A stretch of DNA of 64,000 bases, from positions 32,001 through 96,000 of IMG/VR virus record IMGVR_UViG_2907128583_000005. The stretch is one strand, 5' to 3'. Shown here piece after piece: positions 30,272 through 42,795 of this stretch; position 1 is the first letter of the stretch; every line of letters starts with the position of its first letter. The notes beneath the pieces were generated by a model. The model was not told the DNA's origin, did not search any database, and saw nothing but the letters and a program-made list of their open reading frames with translations. Position numbers and translations under genes: made by a program. This DNA is from a virus. Taxonomy: Duplodnaviria > Caudoviricetes.

Positions 30272-31390
30272 TTATTCAACAACGTCTTCTATAATCTCTT
30301 CGAGCTGCTTAATTGCTTTTTTGGATAAGCTTTGTTTGTGACTGTCTAACCATGAAACGAGTCTTTTATTTACCGATTCTTTCTTTTCTGGTTCTAGAGC
30401 AGGCTTCACATATTTGTGACTTGTTTTAATTGCAATTGCATGAGACGATGAAACATAAACTGGTCTATACTTTGCAGATTTCGATACTTCTGTGTATTCC
30501 TCTTGATTTGAAACAGGAATGGCATTTTCGCCATGTTCATTTCTGAAATCATCATAAACATTATCTACAATCTCTCTAAGTTTGTTGTTTGCATTGGTTG
30601 CATAAGCACTTGTAATATATTGAACATCTGGAGAACTGTTCTTGATCATATCAACAGTCTTATTGGAGTTAACACCACTCAACATCCTAGAGGATAGCCA
30701 TTTTAATTCAAATGAGTCTGCCAACTTTCTATCTCTATCAATCTTTATGTACTCAGGTTTGAAATCATATCCTTGCGTATACTCACTGTAATTGCATACA
30801 AACAACCCATTAACAAACACTTTACCTTTATACTTTTCTTCCTCAAGTATTCGTCCAAAACTGCTTTCAATTATTTTTCCAACTTCCTGCAAATGAAGAT
30901 CAGATTCTACAATATCCTGATACTCTTGATTAGTGATATTCTCAATGATAATAGTTAGATTGTTATCAGGCACTTTTTCCCAAGGATATTTCTTATCAAC
31001 GAAAAAAGTTAGTATTTCTTCGCCATAACGACGACTATTAACAAATCTCGGCTTCCAAACTTCTTTCGCACCATAGTTATAAAAGGTCACTGGTTTATTT
31101 AGTCGGGTCAACACTAGTGTAGCAATTTTATACCCTTCTCCAAATTGACCAATTGTATTTGGATCGTCACGTTTAGATGAAGAGCCAAGCAGGAGAGTTT
31201 TCACATTTAGGACAGAAGACTTGTTTCCAATATGTAGTGCTTGTGCTTCGGCATCAAATTCGAAAAACATTTTATTGTCATCTGATATCGTTTGCTGATC
31301 GAGAGCATTTTGAAATAGTTCACGAATGGCATCTACAAGTGTCCAGTCAGGAACATAGTCTTTTGATAAACTCAGTTCGTATTTACTCAA
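30272..31390 (-). CDS. GHKL (HATPase_c-like) ATPase
   Basis: AIRELFQNALD, LLLGSSSK, IGQFGEGYK. Confidence 0.8.
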   Translation of the reverse strand: MSKYELSLSKDYVPDWTLVDAIRELFQNALDQQTISDDNKMFFEFDAEAQALHIGNKSSVLNVKTLLLGSSSKRDDPNTIGQFGEGYKIATLVLTRLNKPVTFYNYGAKEVWKPRFVNSRRYGEEILTFFVDKKYPWEKVPDNNLTIIIENITNQEYQDIVESDLHLQEVGKIIESSFGRILEEEKYKGKVFVNGLFVCNYSEYTQGYDFKPEYIKIDRDRKLADSFELKWLSSRMLSGVNSNKTVDMIKNSSPDVQYITSAYATNANNKLREIVDNVYDDFRNEHGENAIPVSNQEEYTEVSKSAKYRPVYVSSSHAIAIKTSHKYVKPALEPEKKESVNKRLVSWLDSHKQSLSKKAIKQLEEIIEDVVE

Positions 31391-31422
31391 GTTTCACTCT
31401 TCCTTTCAATAAAACAGGTAAT

Positions 31423-33951
31423 TTACAGGATTCTAAATTCTTTTAATGTCTTCTTTAGTTGTTCGTGTGACAATCTTGAAGCCATATTCCTTGCTCTCTT
31501 CCAAGTTTCTTCGTCAATATCATTATCTCTTAATTCTCGAACCAAAATATTCATTAGTCGTTTAGCATTTTGATTAATCAATTTATACTCATCTCCACTA
31601 ATTGGCGCTGCATTGCCAAACTTATCAATGCCATTGCATACACTACGATCATACATTTCAGTTTCATAGTAATATTTCATCCATTTGATAAAGGATTTCC
31701 GATACTTCTGGTCTTTAAAATATTCCTTATATAAATTATCCATCCTAATTACATCCCTTTCTGAATAAAACTAGACTTTTACAGACTTTTTTTATTAATC
31801 AAAAGTTCAATTTCTTTTAATTGCTCAATATTCAATGTTCCAAGTTTGTTGCTGATGCTGCTAACAAGCCCTTGTTTTTCTTTTGTTTGATTGATATTAT
31901 TCCAATAATCGTTTGGGTCAACATATGCCTTATAACAACCCAATATTCCGCTGTTATTAGTTAATGTTTTCTTATCTAATCTGATAGGATGCTTATCGCC
32001 TTCTTGGGTTACATACACGCTTGATGAATTTATTTTTTGAACGGTAAATTCTTTGAGATTTTCGTCTTTGAATAAAAAGCCTCTTATATTCACATATAAG
32101 GTTTGCCCCACCTCAATTTTTTTCACTAGAATTCTCCTTTTCTCTAAAGTCTATTATACTGATATTTCCACCCGCTTCATTATAGTCAACAAGCGTTCGT
32201 TTAATGCTGTCCAACATGACATTACAATTCTCTTTGCTTGGGTTTTGCGAGATGTTGTAGAGCATATTGGACAATCCACGCATAGTAACTTCTAAGTAAC
32301 TCATTGCTTTGCAAACTCCTTTCTACTTTTAATCAAGTTTTCGACCTCTACCTTATATTCTTCAGGACTTGAATGCTCATAATCCGCTATGTCTTCAACA
32401 TCTTTAAATAGTTGATAGGTTAAGTCATAGAATAACTCTCTATTAGGTAAAGACTCCCGATATGCATTGATCCGATTTTTATATTTATAAATTTGTTCAA
32501 TGCCACAATCTTTCCACATTTTCAACAGTAATAATTCTAATTCGTTCATAACATTGTACCCCCCTCATCTTAATAAAATTAGATTTTTATCTCGTTCTTA
32601 ATTTCTATTTTAATTTGTTCAAACAATTCTATTGCTTTTTGTTGAATTCCCTTAGAGAACATTGACAGACTGATATATTCTGTTTCTGAACACTCCAATG
32701 TCTTTCCAAATAATTTCCCCATCGAGATATCAACTTTAATTTTTGCACTTCCATTAAGTTCATCAGCTTTCCCAAAATAATTTTCACTACTAAGTGAAAC
32801 ACTAATCAGTTCACAATCCACACTACTTTTCATTGAATCATCTCCTTAATTGTTTGCGTAGTTCACTTCAAATGATCTGCAATTCTATTTTTGGGCAATC
32901 TCATTATAATGGCTGCGCCAAAATCATTTAATGCGTCTTCACCCTTAATTGCATCTTCAGGAATCCAAACTTCAAGTTTGACTCGGTAATAGCCCTTGTT
33001 CTTTCCTTTCTTAGATGGCGCGTAAGTGCTAATCATCCCTGAAGGTGGAGCCAAGACCATTAAACTGTCATTATATTTTTCTAACACTTGATCTACATAC
33101 ATCCCAACCATTTCTTTATTAGCTCCAAAAATCACTTTACTCATTATATTTATCCTCCTATTAGTATTATTAATACAAAGTTATATGAATATATCATCTT
33201 GATAAAAGACGGCTTTTACGAAGAGTTACACAAGCAACTTTCCTTCTAATCGATCATATGCGTTTTTTACATTCTCGCTAACTTCTATGTATTTATTATA
33301 ATCTTTAGTTAAATCAATTACTTTGCCGTTTTGTACCGTAAACTGAAGATGATAGTACTGAATATATTTTCTGCCTTCATATTCAGCAAATTTCCTTCCC
33401 AATGTAACTGCCCTTTTAATTTTGTATTCAACATCAGTGATTGAATCACACTTTAAATAACTAATTGGACAACACACTTTAAACTGCTCAATAACTCTGT
33501 TACTTACTTTCATTCAACTGTTCTCCTATGTATTATTTAATTTAATATGATTGATTCATTGTTATATGCTTCAGCAAACTCCTTATAGAATTTATTATTA
33601 TTATCAAATTCATCCTGACCATCTTTAATGCCTAGTTCATAGCACATTTTCCTATGTCCTTCTCTGATTTCCTCAAATGCTTTACTCCAAAATATCTTTT
33701 GTATAATGTTTTGAATCAAATTTAATTCACCTTCCTTCCCGTGAGATTAACGAACTTGCCAAACTTCTCAATCTTATATGGTCTTGGAGAGCTGGACTGA
33801 TATTCCAATAATTCATTATACGTTTTTCGTTAGGCTTAAATTCTATACCTTTAAAATTTGTCTTTTCTCCAATAATAAATGTTGTTGATCTAGGATCACC
33901 ATCAACCCAACAGATATCCAGCAGTGTTTGTGCTTCATGACTTAATTGCAT
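31423..33951 (-). CDS. Run of about nine small phage hypothetical ORFs
   Basis: 31423-31743, 31779-32126, 32113-32304, 32301-32549, 32579-32833, 32863-33144, 33226-33513, 33537-33719, 33727-33951. Confidence 0.55.
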
Positions 33952-33957
33952 GTTTTT

Positions 33958-34467
33958 TCATCCTCTCAGTGACATAAATAAAATGACAAAGTAATTGAAC
34001 AATAAGTGACTGCAAATTGGAACCAGTATGTTATTTGTCTTATTGTAATAGTGGCTCCATATCACACCAATAAATACGTAACCAAGGAAACCTACTAGAT
34101 TCCAATGCGGTAAAGCAAATAAAACAGAACTTAGTATTGAAGCAATCCAAAAGTTATATTTCTTATGTAGTTTCGTGAATAGATACTTTCTACAAATTAA
34201 TTCTTCTGCTATCGGGCTAAAAATTATAGCGTATATATACATAATTGGCGTTTGAAGATGTGCAGTTGGCTGCTGAATAATAAACAATGATGAAAGTTTG
34301 GTTAGAGCAGAGTATCCCATAATGGCGAAACAAAATGAATTAAATATTGCTTCTCTGTTTATTTTAGTATTGATTTGCTTGTAATCTTCCCTGAACCAAT
34401 ACTTACCGTATTTCAGTATTAACCCCAGAATTATTGTTGGAGCTATATTTACAATGAGGGAAAACGT
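33958..34467 (-). CDS. CPBP/CAAX (Abi-family) membrane metalloprotease
   Basis: PIAEELICR, FALPH, HLLFN; frame open upstream to about 34473. Confidence 0.8.
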   Translation of the reverse strand, partial: TFSLIVNIAPTIILGLILKYGKYWFREDYKQINTKINREAIFNSFCFAIMGYSALTKLSSLFIIQQPTAHLQTPIMYIYAIIFSPIAEELICRKYLFTKLHKKYNFWIASILSSVLFALPHWNLVGFLGYVFIGVIWSHYYNKTNNILVPICSHLLFNYFVILFMSLRG

Positions 34468-34518
34468 ATATCGTCACTCCCTTTGTTGTGGATGTTTTTC
34501 ATTTCAACCACCTCCTAT

Positions 34519-34551
34519 TAAAAAAAAGTACAGGCTTCGTTTAACCTGTAC
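34519..34551 (-). terminator. Intrinsic terminator after DHFR
   Basis: agtacagg / cctgtact stem with an A run on the plus strand. Confidence 0.65.
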
Positions 34552-34599
34552 TCATATTATCATATTTATTTATTTTTGTATATAGGTATTTCATTATTT

Positions 34600-35091
34600 T
34601 TATTTATTTACTTCATAGTGAACAATTCTTATTGGATAGCCACTAGATTCTTCTGCTTCAACCTCAATACAATTAATCTCTCTCCATCTGCGATGATCAT
34701 ATAGTGGAAAAAAAGTGTCCCCACTAAACTCTCCCTCGATATGAGTTAGTATCATTTTATCCGAATAAGGAATAAATAACTCATAGACTTCTTTGCCACC
34801 TATTATAAAAGTTTCCTTAGAAGACTCTTTTGCGAATTTCAAGATATCATCTATATTGTTAAAGACTTCACATCCATTTGCTTTATATTTCATGTTTTTC
34901 GTGAGTATAATGTTAGTTCTGTTATTAAGTGGTTTTCCAATACTCTCATATGTTTTTCTTCCCATTACAACGTTATTTCCTGTAGTTTGTGCTTTAAAAA
35001 AGTCCATATCGGCTTTAATTTTCCACGGGAGTCTATTACCGTTACCTATCAACCCATTCTTATCAAGCGCAGCTATAATTATAATGCTCAT
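34600..35091 (-). CDS. folA: Dihydrofolate reductase
   Basis: IGNGNRLPW, VVMGRKTYESI, IIGG, GDTFFP. Confidence 0.95.
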   Translation of the reverse strand: MSIIIIAALDKNGLIGNGNRLPWKIKADMDFFKAQTTGNNVVMGRKTYESIGKPLNNRTNIILTKNMKYKANGCEVFNNIDDILKFAKESSKETFIIGGKEVYELFIPYSDKMILTHIEGEFSGDTFFPLYDHRRWREINCIEVEAEESSGYPIRIVHYEVNK

Positions 35092-35876
35092 ACCGATACT
35101 CGCATTTTAATGGATGGGTGCGATTGATAATCAAGCACCTTTACGTGTTTATCCACATCAAATTCATGAAAGTCTGTTACTGTTGGATCAAGCCACAACT
35201 TAGGGGCAGGATACGATGTACGGTTAAAGATTTCCTTAATAGGCTCATAGTGCTGTTCATACAGATGAGCATTAGTTATTGCTATCATCAATTCTCCAAC
35301 TTGTAAACCTGCTACTTGGGCAATCATATGCACCAAAATGGCTGTCTGAGCTATATTGTAGGGTAAGCCTAAAGCAACATCAGAAGATCTAATAGTTGTA
35401 TGCCAGTTTAACTTACCGTCATTCACATCGGCAATATGATTGAACATACAAGGAGTTAACGACATTTTATCCAAATCGGCAACTGCCCACAAATCAATAA
35501 CCATTCTTCTAGATTGAGGGTTGTTTTTAAGTTCGTCAATCAACTTATTGATTTGATTATGCTTTTTGATTTGAGCGCCATAAGCTTCACCGATAGTACC
35601 ATCAGGCAACTTCCATTCATCCCAAATCTTAATACCTCTATCATTTAACCATTGAACATCGTTCGAACCCTGCTGATAAATCCATAGCATTTCTTTAGTT
35701 AATGTTTTATATCCAGTGAATTTAAGTGTAAGAAGAGGGAACTCTTCAGCAAGATTGAATCGTAATACTTTTCCAAACACTTTTTTGCTACGATCTGTTG
35801 TTCTATTGGTATCTTCGTATCCATTCTCTAGAATATCTCTTACAAGAGCTAAATATTGATTATCAACGGATGACAT
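35088..35876 (-). CDS. thyA: Thymidylate synthase
   Basis: FPLLT, SRRM, LTPCM, RSSDVALGLPYN, HLYEQH. Confidence 0.95.
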   Translation of the reverse strand: MSSVDNQYLALVRDILENGYEDTNRTTDRSKKVFGKVLRFNLAEEFPLLTLKFTGYKTLTKEMLWIYQQGSNDVQWLNDRGIKIWDEWKLPDGTIGEAYGAQIKKHNQINKLIDELKNNPQSRRMVIDLWAVADLDKMSLTPCMFNHIADVNDGKLNWHTTIRSSDVALGLPYNIAQTAILVHMIAQVAGLQVGELMIAITNAHLYEQHYEPIKEIFNRTSYPAPKLWLDPTVTDFHEFDVDKHVKVLDYQSHPSIKMRVSV

Positions 35877-35933
35877 TTTATCCTCTCCTTTTCATAAATA
35901 AAGGCAGTGGAATTACCACCGCCCAAGATTATA

Positions 35934-36713
35934 CTAGTTAAACCGTTTTGCACCAAGCTTAATTTGTCGTTTTACTTCTTCTTCAATCTTAGGTTCTGGA
36001 GCTTCCCAGCCTTCAGGCTTAATTACCTTACCTACTTCATTGTAGTGTGGCTTACCATCAGGGAAAATTTTAGACATGTTTGCTTGATGTACTAAATCAA
36101 AAATTTTATCTGGAATAACAGAAGTCTCAACAAATCCACCTTCAGCAAAATACTTGATGTCAGTAAGAGCATCAATTTGTCCAATTAGACGATCTTCAGG
36201 AAAAGGCTTAGTAAGTTGTTTATCGTAGGTTTCCTCGGCGTTCAGGACTAATTCAGCAAAAAACTTATCGAATCTCTCTTTGTTACCAGCAGTAGCATAC
36301 AACAACTCAATCACTTCCTCAAGAATAAAAGAGGCACGATTGATTGCCAATTTATCTGACAGGATAGTTGGCACATCTGGAGCAGGGCAATTAAATGCCT
36401 TTTGAAATTCACGTACCTTGAAGAAATCACTAGCATGGCTATCATTTTGAATCTTTACATTCTTAAGATGAAGGTTTCCGTTTAAATCAATCTTAATAAA
36501 TCCATCATTAGTAGAAGTCTGCTTATCCTTATATTTTCTGAGCATTTGCGTTTCGAACTTATTTGTACGTCTTTTATCTTTAATGAAGTATGTAACGACA
36601 GTAAGACCATTTAGTTGCCCCTTAACAACACCTTTTACCTTAAGCGGCTTGATGTAAACTTTTTCACCGATATTATAAAATGGTTGTTTTACTTGCTTGT
36701 TATTTTTTTTCAT
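35934..36713 (-). CDS. MazG-like nucleotide pyrophosphohydrolase with an N-terminal extension
   Basis: VREFQKAF, EEVIEL, DALTDIKYF, VHQANMSK, GKVIKPEGW. Confidence 0.75.
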   Translation of the reverse strand: MKKNNKQVKQPFYNIGEKVYIKPLKVKGVVKGQLNGLTVVTYFIKDKRRTNKFETQMLRKYKDKQTSTNDGFIKIDLNGNLHLKNVKIQNDSHASDFFKVREFQKAFNCPAPDVPTILSDKLAINRASFILEEVIELLYATAGNKERFDKFFAELVLNAEETYDKQLTKPFPEDRLIGQIDALTDIKYFAEGGFVETSVIPDKIFDLVHQANMSKIFPDGKPHYNEVGKVIKPEGWEAPEPKIEEEVKRQIKLGAKRFN

Positions 36714-36743
36714 ATGTATAGTTGCTCCCTTTTATTGTTTCAT

Positions 36744-38052
36744 TTATTCTATAAAATAAAAATCTTCATCTCGTAATGATTCTGTATTGGCCTTTTGATA
36801 TGAGTTCCCTTTTAATGAAAAAAAGTCCATAGACTTGGTTTTTGTATCCAGTCCATTAATTACGATCTGATTTACTTCTTCATATTCAAAATAAGGATCA
36901 AAACCGATGTTCTGGAGTGCTTTATTTGCATTATACCTAAGGAACTTTTTAACATCGTGAGTTAATCCAACAGAATCATAAATATCTTCAGTATAATTCA
37001 GCTCATTGTCATATAGTTTAATCAATAGATTTAATGCAAAAGTAGATAATTCTTTCTTTGTTACGTCAGATTGCTTATTGTAAATTTCTTGAGCAAGTAA
37101 ACCGATGTATGCACCATGTATCGCTTCATCCATTTATGTTCCATTGAGTTCGCTATGCTCAATGCGTCTATAGCGACTGCTATGTATTTCTACATAGATC
37201 AGACCATATCACTCACCGTTTAGGTGACTCTCCATTTCCACCGTCAATCGCTTACGGTGTACTCTACTTCCTATGAGGTTTCGATGGTCGTTGCAGGTTC
37301 ATTGTGAGAAAAACCATCTGATGAATATCACCAAACATATCCATCAGTAGCTTCCCATATTTTCACACAATGCTTCCCTCATGATTGCCCTCGTCTTTAC
37401 GTTAGGGGTTCCCATGATAAAGAAGAGTTTTTCATAACATATTGCTATGCTAAGCCGCAATTCTACGGATTATTAAGTTAATGATCTCTCCACTTTGCAT
37501 TAATCGTCCCTGACCATAGCACAGTAATGGATAATAAAATCCACTATAAAATAGGAAGCTTTCGAGATAAACCGATGCAACCATTGCCTTATATAACGAG
37601 ATTTCATCATCCTGTTTAGCACCGTTGTAAACATCAACAATAATTGAAGCTTTCTTCTGCAAGTATTTATTTTCTTTTACCCATTCAAATAACAATTTTA
37701 TATCTTCAGAGGAAGCAAGTGTCATAAAGATATTGGAATATGATTTCGCATGTACTGCATTCTCCATCATAGCCATAAAGTTAAGAACTGCTTTTCTCTG
37801 ATGTCCTTTAACAAGTGCTGTAATCGTGGGCATTCCTGTATTTCCTTGTTCCGTATCTAATAATGTTAAGCCAGCAAGAGCCTTTTTGTATGTATCTTTT
37901 TCAGCGACACTCATGGACTTCCAAGTAAGAAGATCTCCGTTTAAACTTATTTCTTCCGGAAGCCAAAACTGTCTTGTGTTTTGATTGTAAAACATTTGAG
38001 TAAACGAATCTTCTTGAATTGACCAATCAGCCGCATCATATATCTTATTCAT
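36744..38052 (-). CDS. nrdF: Class Ib ribonucleotide reductase beta subunit; exons 38052-37465 and 37130-36744 (324 aa)
   Basis: [24 protein letters not shown]; splicing restores IIR|DEAIHG. Confidence 0.93.
37131..37464 (-). ncRNA. Group I intron in nrdF (334 nt, no ORF)
   Basis: Exon ends in U, intron ends in G; P1 CCGU/GCGG with U.G; P7 GACCA/UGGUC (CAACGACCA, GAUAUGGUCU). Confidence 0.9.
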
Positions 38053-38071
38053 ATCATCATTTCCTTTCCAA

Positions 38072-40171
38072 TTAAACCGAACAAGACAAACAATCGTCTC
38101 TGGAAGTGTCTTTAGTACGCGCATAATATAATGTCTTGATGCCTTTATGGTGGGCATATAAATCAATTCTGTTTAAATCTCTTGTAGTGTGAGTGTCTTT
38201 CATAAATAAAGTAAAGCTAATAGCTTGGTCGATATGCTCTTGGATCGTTGCAATCATATCAACAACACGGAACATATCCATATCATATGCTTCTTTATAG
38301 AAAAACCACGTTTCAGGTGAAAGGTAAGGCATTGGATAATAAGTCTTAGAGTTCCCATATGTACGTTGTTCGATTTTTTCCATAATGGGCATCACCGAAG
38401 CAGTTGACGACTGAACATAAGAAATGCTTCCAGTAGGAGCAATTGCTAAACGATATGCGTTTCTTAAGCCATATTTCATAACAGCATCGCATAACGACTG
38501 CCAATCTTGGATTGTAGGGATATAGATACCATCAAAGAGAGTTATTGCTTTGTCAGTTTTAGGTGCATAATCCTGAGTAGTATACTTTTCAAAGTATTTT
38601 CCCGATGCATATTCACTGTCTTCAAAACGGTAAAACTTTTTCCCAGTCTCTTGCGCAATCTCCATAGATCTCTTTAGCGAATAGTAATTAACCATCATAA
38701 AAAATGTGTTTACGAAATCTCTGGCTTGTTCACTTTCATAGGCAATTTTATTTTTAGCCAAGAACCCATGAAGATTCATTGCCCCCAATCCTACAGATGC
38801 CATTAAATCATTTGCCAAACGAATAGCTGGTGCATTTTTAATTGAAGTTCGTTCAGCCACCTCTGTTAAAGCATCCATCGCAATTTCAACAGTTTCCTGA
38901 ATCGATTTATTTTCCATAACATTCACTATATTCAATGAGCTTAAATTACATGAAACGTCCATACCTAAGATATCTTCTTCGTCATAGTCATTGTATTGAG
39001 ATACTTTTGTTAATTGTTGAATTTCAACACAAAGATTGCTGAATTTTACTTTACCTATTTTTTTGAGTGCATGAACTGCATTTACGTTATCCTCGAACAT
39101 CATATATGGATAACCAGATTCAAATCGTAGAGATGCCATTTTTTCTAGTAATTTTCGAGGATTGATTTTATCTTTTCTTATTCTGGGATTTTCGACTAAC
39201 TTATCGTACATTTCATTTATATCCATATCATCTAAATGAACACCATATTCTTTAAATACCGTATGAGGATAAAATACATATGTGTCTCTATCATCCCTAG
39301 CGAGTTCAATAAATTTATCTGGAATTACAACACCAACAGATAAAGTTTTCACTCGAACATCTTCATCTGCTGAGATTTTTTTTGTGTCTAAAAAGTCATT
39401 AATGTCAGCATGGAAGACATTGAGGTATACAGCACCAGAACCTTGTCTTTGCCCCATCTGATCGGCATATCTAAACGCGTTGTCCAGCAGCTTCATAACG
39501 CCTACGACACCTTTTGTCGCATTTTCTACACCTTTAATTGCTTCTCCTTTTGCTCTAATCTTGGTAAGAGAAAGCGATACACCTCCACCAAGTTTGGATA
39601 GTTGCATTGATGTCTCAATTGCTTTTGAAATATCATTCAACGAATCTCCAACTTCCATAAGAAAACAAGAAACAAGTTCTCCTCTTCTTTTGCGTCCAGC
39701 GTTTAAAAAAGAAGGTGTGCTTGGTTGCAATTCTTGATTAATTAACGCTGTAACTAACTTTTTTGCCTTTTTATAATTTCCATTTGCAAGATAAAGGGCC
39801 ACGATTGCTACGCGATCTTCATAGCGCTCAAGTATTTTTTTCTTGTCGTTTGTTTTAAGAGCATAATCATTGTAGAATTTAAAAGCGCTCATAAATGAAG
39901 GGAATCTGAATTTCTTTGCATATGCAATATCATAAATATTCTTAGTTTCTTTATATGTATATTTATTTAAGAACTCTTCCTCATAGTAGTCATTCTCTAT
40001 AAGGTAGTCCAACTTTTCTTTTAAGTTGTGAAAGAAAACTGTATTTTGATTAATGTGTTCAATGAAATATGTTTTTACAGCCTCTTTATCCTTTTCAAAT
40101 TGATACTGTCCATTATTTTGAATCATTATTTGATTGTTTAACTCGATGTGTTTGGCTATTCTATTAGACAA
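38072..40171 (-). CDS. nrdE: Class Ib ribonucleotide reductase alpha subunit
   Basis: [29 protein letters not shown]-terminal CLSC. Confidence 0.95.
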   Translation of the reverse strand: MSNRIAKHIELNNQIMIQNNGQYQFEKDKEAVKTYFIEHINQNTVFFHNLKEKLDYLIENDYYEEEFLNKYTYKETKNIYDIAYAKKFRFPSFMSAFKFYNDYALKTNDKKKILERYEDRVAIVALYLANGNYKKAKKLVTALINQELQPSTPSFLNAGRKRRGELVSCFLMEVGDSLNDISKAIETSMQLSKLGGGVSLSLTKIRAKGEAIKGVENATKGVVGVMKLLDNAFRYADQMGQRQGSGAVYLNVFHADINDFLDTKKISADEDVRVKTLSVGVVIPDKFIELARDDRDTYVFYPHTVFKEYGVHLDDMDINEMYDKLVENPRIRKDKINPRKLLEKMASLRFESGYPYMMFEDNVNAVHALKKIGKVKFSNLCVEIQQLTKVSQYNDYDEEDILGMDVSCNLSSLNIVNVMENKSIQETVEIAMDALTEVAERTSIKNAPAIRLANDLMASVGLGAMNLHGFLAKNKIAYESEQARDFVNTFFMMVNYYSLKRSMEIAQETGKKFYRFEDSEYASGKYFEKYTTQDYAPKTDKAITLFDGIYIPTIQDWQSLCDAVMKYGLRNAYRLAIAPTGSISYVQSSTASVMPIMEKIEQRTYGNSKTYYPMPYLSPETWFFYKEAYDMDMFRVVDMIATIQEHIDQAISFTLFMKDTHTTRDLNRIDLYAHHKGIKTLYYARTKDTSRDDCLSCSV

Positions 40172-40517
40172 TATTTGTTACCTCCAGTTTCACCTTTTCA
40201 ATGTCATTTAAGTTACCCGATAATTCAAATGTATGAATAAGAGGTGTTTCATATTGTTCTGATATTTTCTTTGCGGCACCATTATAATAACTGCCCCAGT
40301 TCATATTTCCACTACCAATGACACCTTTTAAATTGACATTGTTTTTTCTTAGGAACTTCTCAACTGACAATGGAACCTGCCCAAATCCAGTCGTGTAAGT
40401 GATTAATACGTAAGGTTCATCAACAATTAATCCTTCAACGATCTTTACGCATTTCATTTCAAGTTTCTTTGTAAATCGCTCCACATTACCAGTCAGTGAA
40501 TCATATATAATCAACAT
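40164..40517 (-). CDS. nrdI: Flavodoxin-like RNR activator
   Basis: YDSLTGNVERF, TYTTGFGQVP, SGNMNWG, FELSG. Confidence 0.93.
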   Translation of the reverse strand: MLIIYDSLTGNVERFTKKLEMKCVKIVEGLIVDEPYVLITYTTGFGQVPLSVEKFLRKNNVNLKGVIGSGNMNWGSYYNGAAKKISEQYETPLIHTFELSGNLNDIEKVKLEVTNIV

Positions 40518-40567
40518 TTTTCTTCTCGCATTTAAACCTCCTTATGCCCTACCGCCCACCCATACAA

Positions 40568-42792
40568 TCATTTATGTTTTAGTCTATCTTTTTCTTCTGC
40601 TCTCTTTGCAGAATTGAAACGATTCAGATTACCGACTAAATATCCTGTAACCCTACGAATCCGTGAGATATTCTCTTCATCACTCTCTCCACAAATAGGA
40701 CATTCTTTATTTATCACTCCATCAAAATTACAAGATAAACATTTGTCTATAGGATGATTGACGCTGAAATAACCCATGTTTTTACTTAGTGCATATTGAA
40801 CAATTCTCTTAAATGCTTGCAGGTTGTTCCTTGCATTTCCATCCAGTTCAACATAAGAAATGTGTCCTGCATTAGTTAATTTGTGAAAAGGAGCTTCGCG
40901 CTCAATTTTTTCGTATGCTTTAATCTCATAATAGACTGGCACATGAAAAGAGTTTGTTAGATAGTCTCTATCCGTTACACCCTCAATTTTTCCATATTGA
41001 TCTTGAAGTAATTTTGCAAACTTACCTGCTAGGCTTTCTGCTGGAGTAGCGAAGCAAGTGATATTCATATCATATTCATCAGATTTTTTATCACAATAAT
41101 CTTTGATGTAATAAATGATACTGTATCCCACTTTCCAAGCACTTGGACTTTCACCGTGATGGACTCCAAATAGCGCTTTAAGGCATTCAGCTAGCCCCAC
41201 AAATCCAATGCTAATTGAACCATTACGAAGTAAATCACCAATCTTCTCATTTGGTCTTAGTTTCTCTCCACCAATCCAAGAGCCATTCTGCATCATAAAG
41301 TCACTTGCCTTAGCTGGCTGTTCACACTGAATATTATAACGATGAATTAAACCTTCGAGAGCTACATCAAGAACTTCGTCCAATTTGTCCATAAAACCAT
41401 CAATATCTCTTTCTTCACGACCATTGACTATTCCATATTCGATTCCGAGCTTCGCAAGGTTTATAGAATTAAAAGAAAGATTGCCCCGACCAGACTGAGA
41501 AGGCTCTCCAAAACGATTAGATATTACACGTGTTCTACACAAATAGTTTATATGACATATCGAATCCATATGTCCTCACATTTCTATGAGTATCGGACTA
41601 TCTCTTGGCATTGCTGCCCCTATCTTTTGGATTCCTCTTGGAACCTACTCTACTCACTTCCATCTAAAGATGTGCTTTCGATAGTCTCTAGGCATTTAAA
41701 TAATGGGTCTTAAGGACAAACACCAATATTATTTAGCACGGGATTGCCATATCATTTTTTGACTTAGGTTTCCCCGTTTAGACAGGTTTTATATGAGCAG
41801 TAGATTTATTTACCCATAGTTGCAATTGCTGTATCTGGCTTGTTGGGATCGTAATATTGAAGATTGAAGTCTGCATCTACATTGCAGAAATTCGGAAAGA
41901 GACGTTTGCTTGAACATTCGAGTGCTTTCATGAATAAATCATAATTAGGCTCTCCATCATTCTGATTTATTCCTTTTTTACATTGAAAAATAAGTTGAGG
42001 GAAGATCGCCGTCTCTGAGTGTCCCAACCCATTTATTGATGCTGTTAATAGTGAATCTGAGATTAACCTTCCTTCAGTTGAAGTGCATAAACCAAATGTG
42101 ACGCTGGTAAATGGCACTTGACCTCCAGCACGAGATGCCATTGTATTAAGATTATGAATCAAACTCTCAGACGCTTGATATGTCTCAATCTTTGTTTCTT
42201 CTATTGCATATGTATATGATTTCGGAAATACCTTGCTAAGTTCTGTATTATCTAGATACAGTTGATCATCTTCGACTTCTGTATAAAACTCATTAAAGTA
42301 CTTTTGTCCTTTTCTAAAATGCTTTTTAAATGACTTAGTTACATATGGAGCTAAATCCCAGTCAAATTTTGAAGCTCCACAACCTCCGTATTGGCTATTC
42401 TGTTGACATTGAAAAATAATAGCTGCTTGAGCCATTGCAGTCATGATTGAGTTTGGTGATCTTACAGAGCCTTTATCACTAACTTCAAATCCATTTGCTA
42501 ATAACTTATCAAAGGGAATAAATATGCAGTTGTGTGTCCCAACTGCGTAATGATCTAAATCATGTACGTAAACATATCCTTCATCTATTGCCTTTACCAG
42601 TCTTTCGGGTAGTACAATATTTCGAGCATAAAGCTTACTGAATTCAGAACCAAATCTATTCATTTTTCCACTGTATGATTCACCATTAAGATTTGCATTT
42701 TCTTTTGTTATGTCTTCATTTGTCCCTGAAATAATTCCTTCGCCTAACTTATATATATCGCTCTTATTGTGTTGCGTATGTATCAACTCCAT
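40568..42792 (-). CDS. nrdD: Class III anaerobic ribonucleotide reductase; exons 42792-41812 and 41539-40568 (650 aa)
   Basis: HDLD, TPAES, YLTNSFH, CxxC..CxxC, RRVTGYL; splicing restores MG|CRT. Confidence 0.93.
41540..41811 (-). ncRNA. Group I intron in nrdD (272 nt, no ORF)
   Basis: P1 AUGGGU/GCUCAU with U.G; P10 UCUAC/GUAGA; AGAGACUA and AAGAGAUAGUCC form P7; terminal G. Confidence 0.92.
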
Positions 42793-42795
42793 TAA

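Noticed and set aside
36744-42792. nrdF and nrdD fragments as pseudogenes
   Set aside because: The gaps have group I intron hallmarks and their removal restores conserved motifs exactly.
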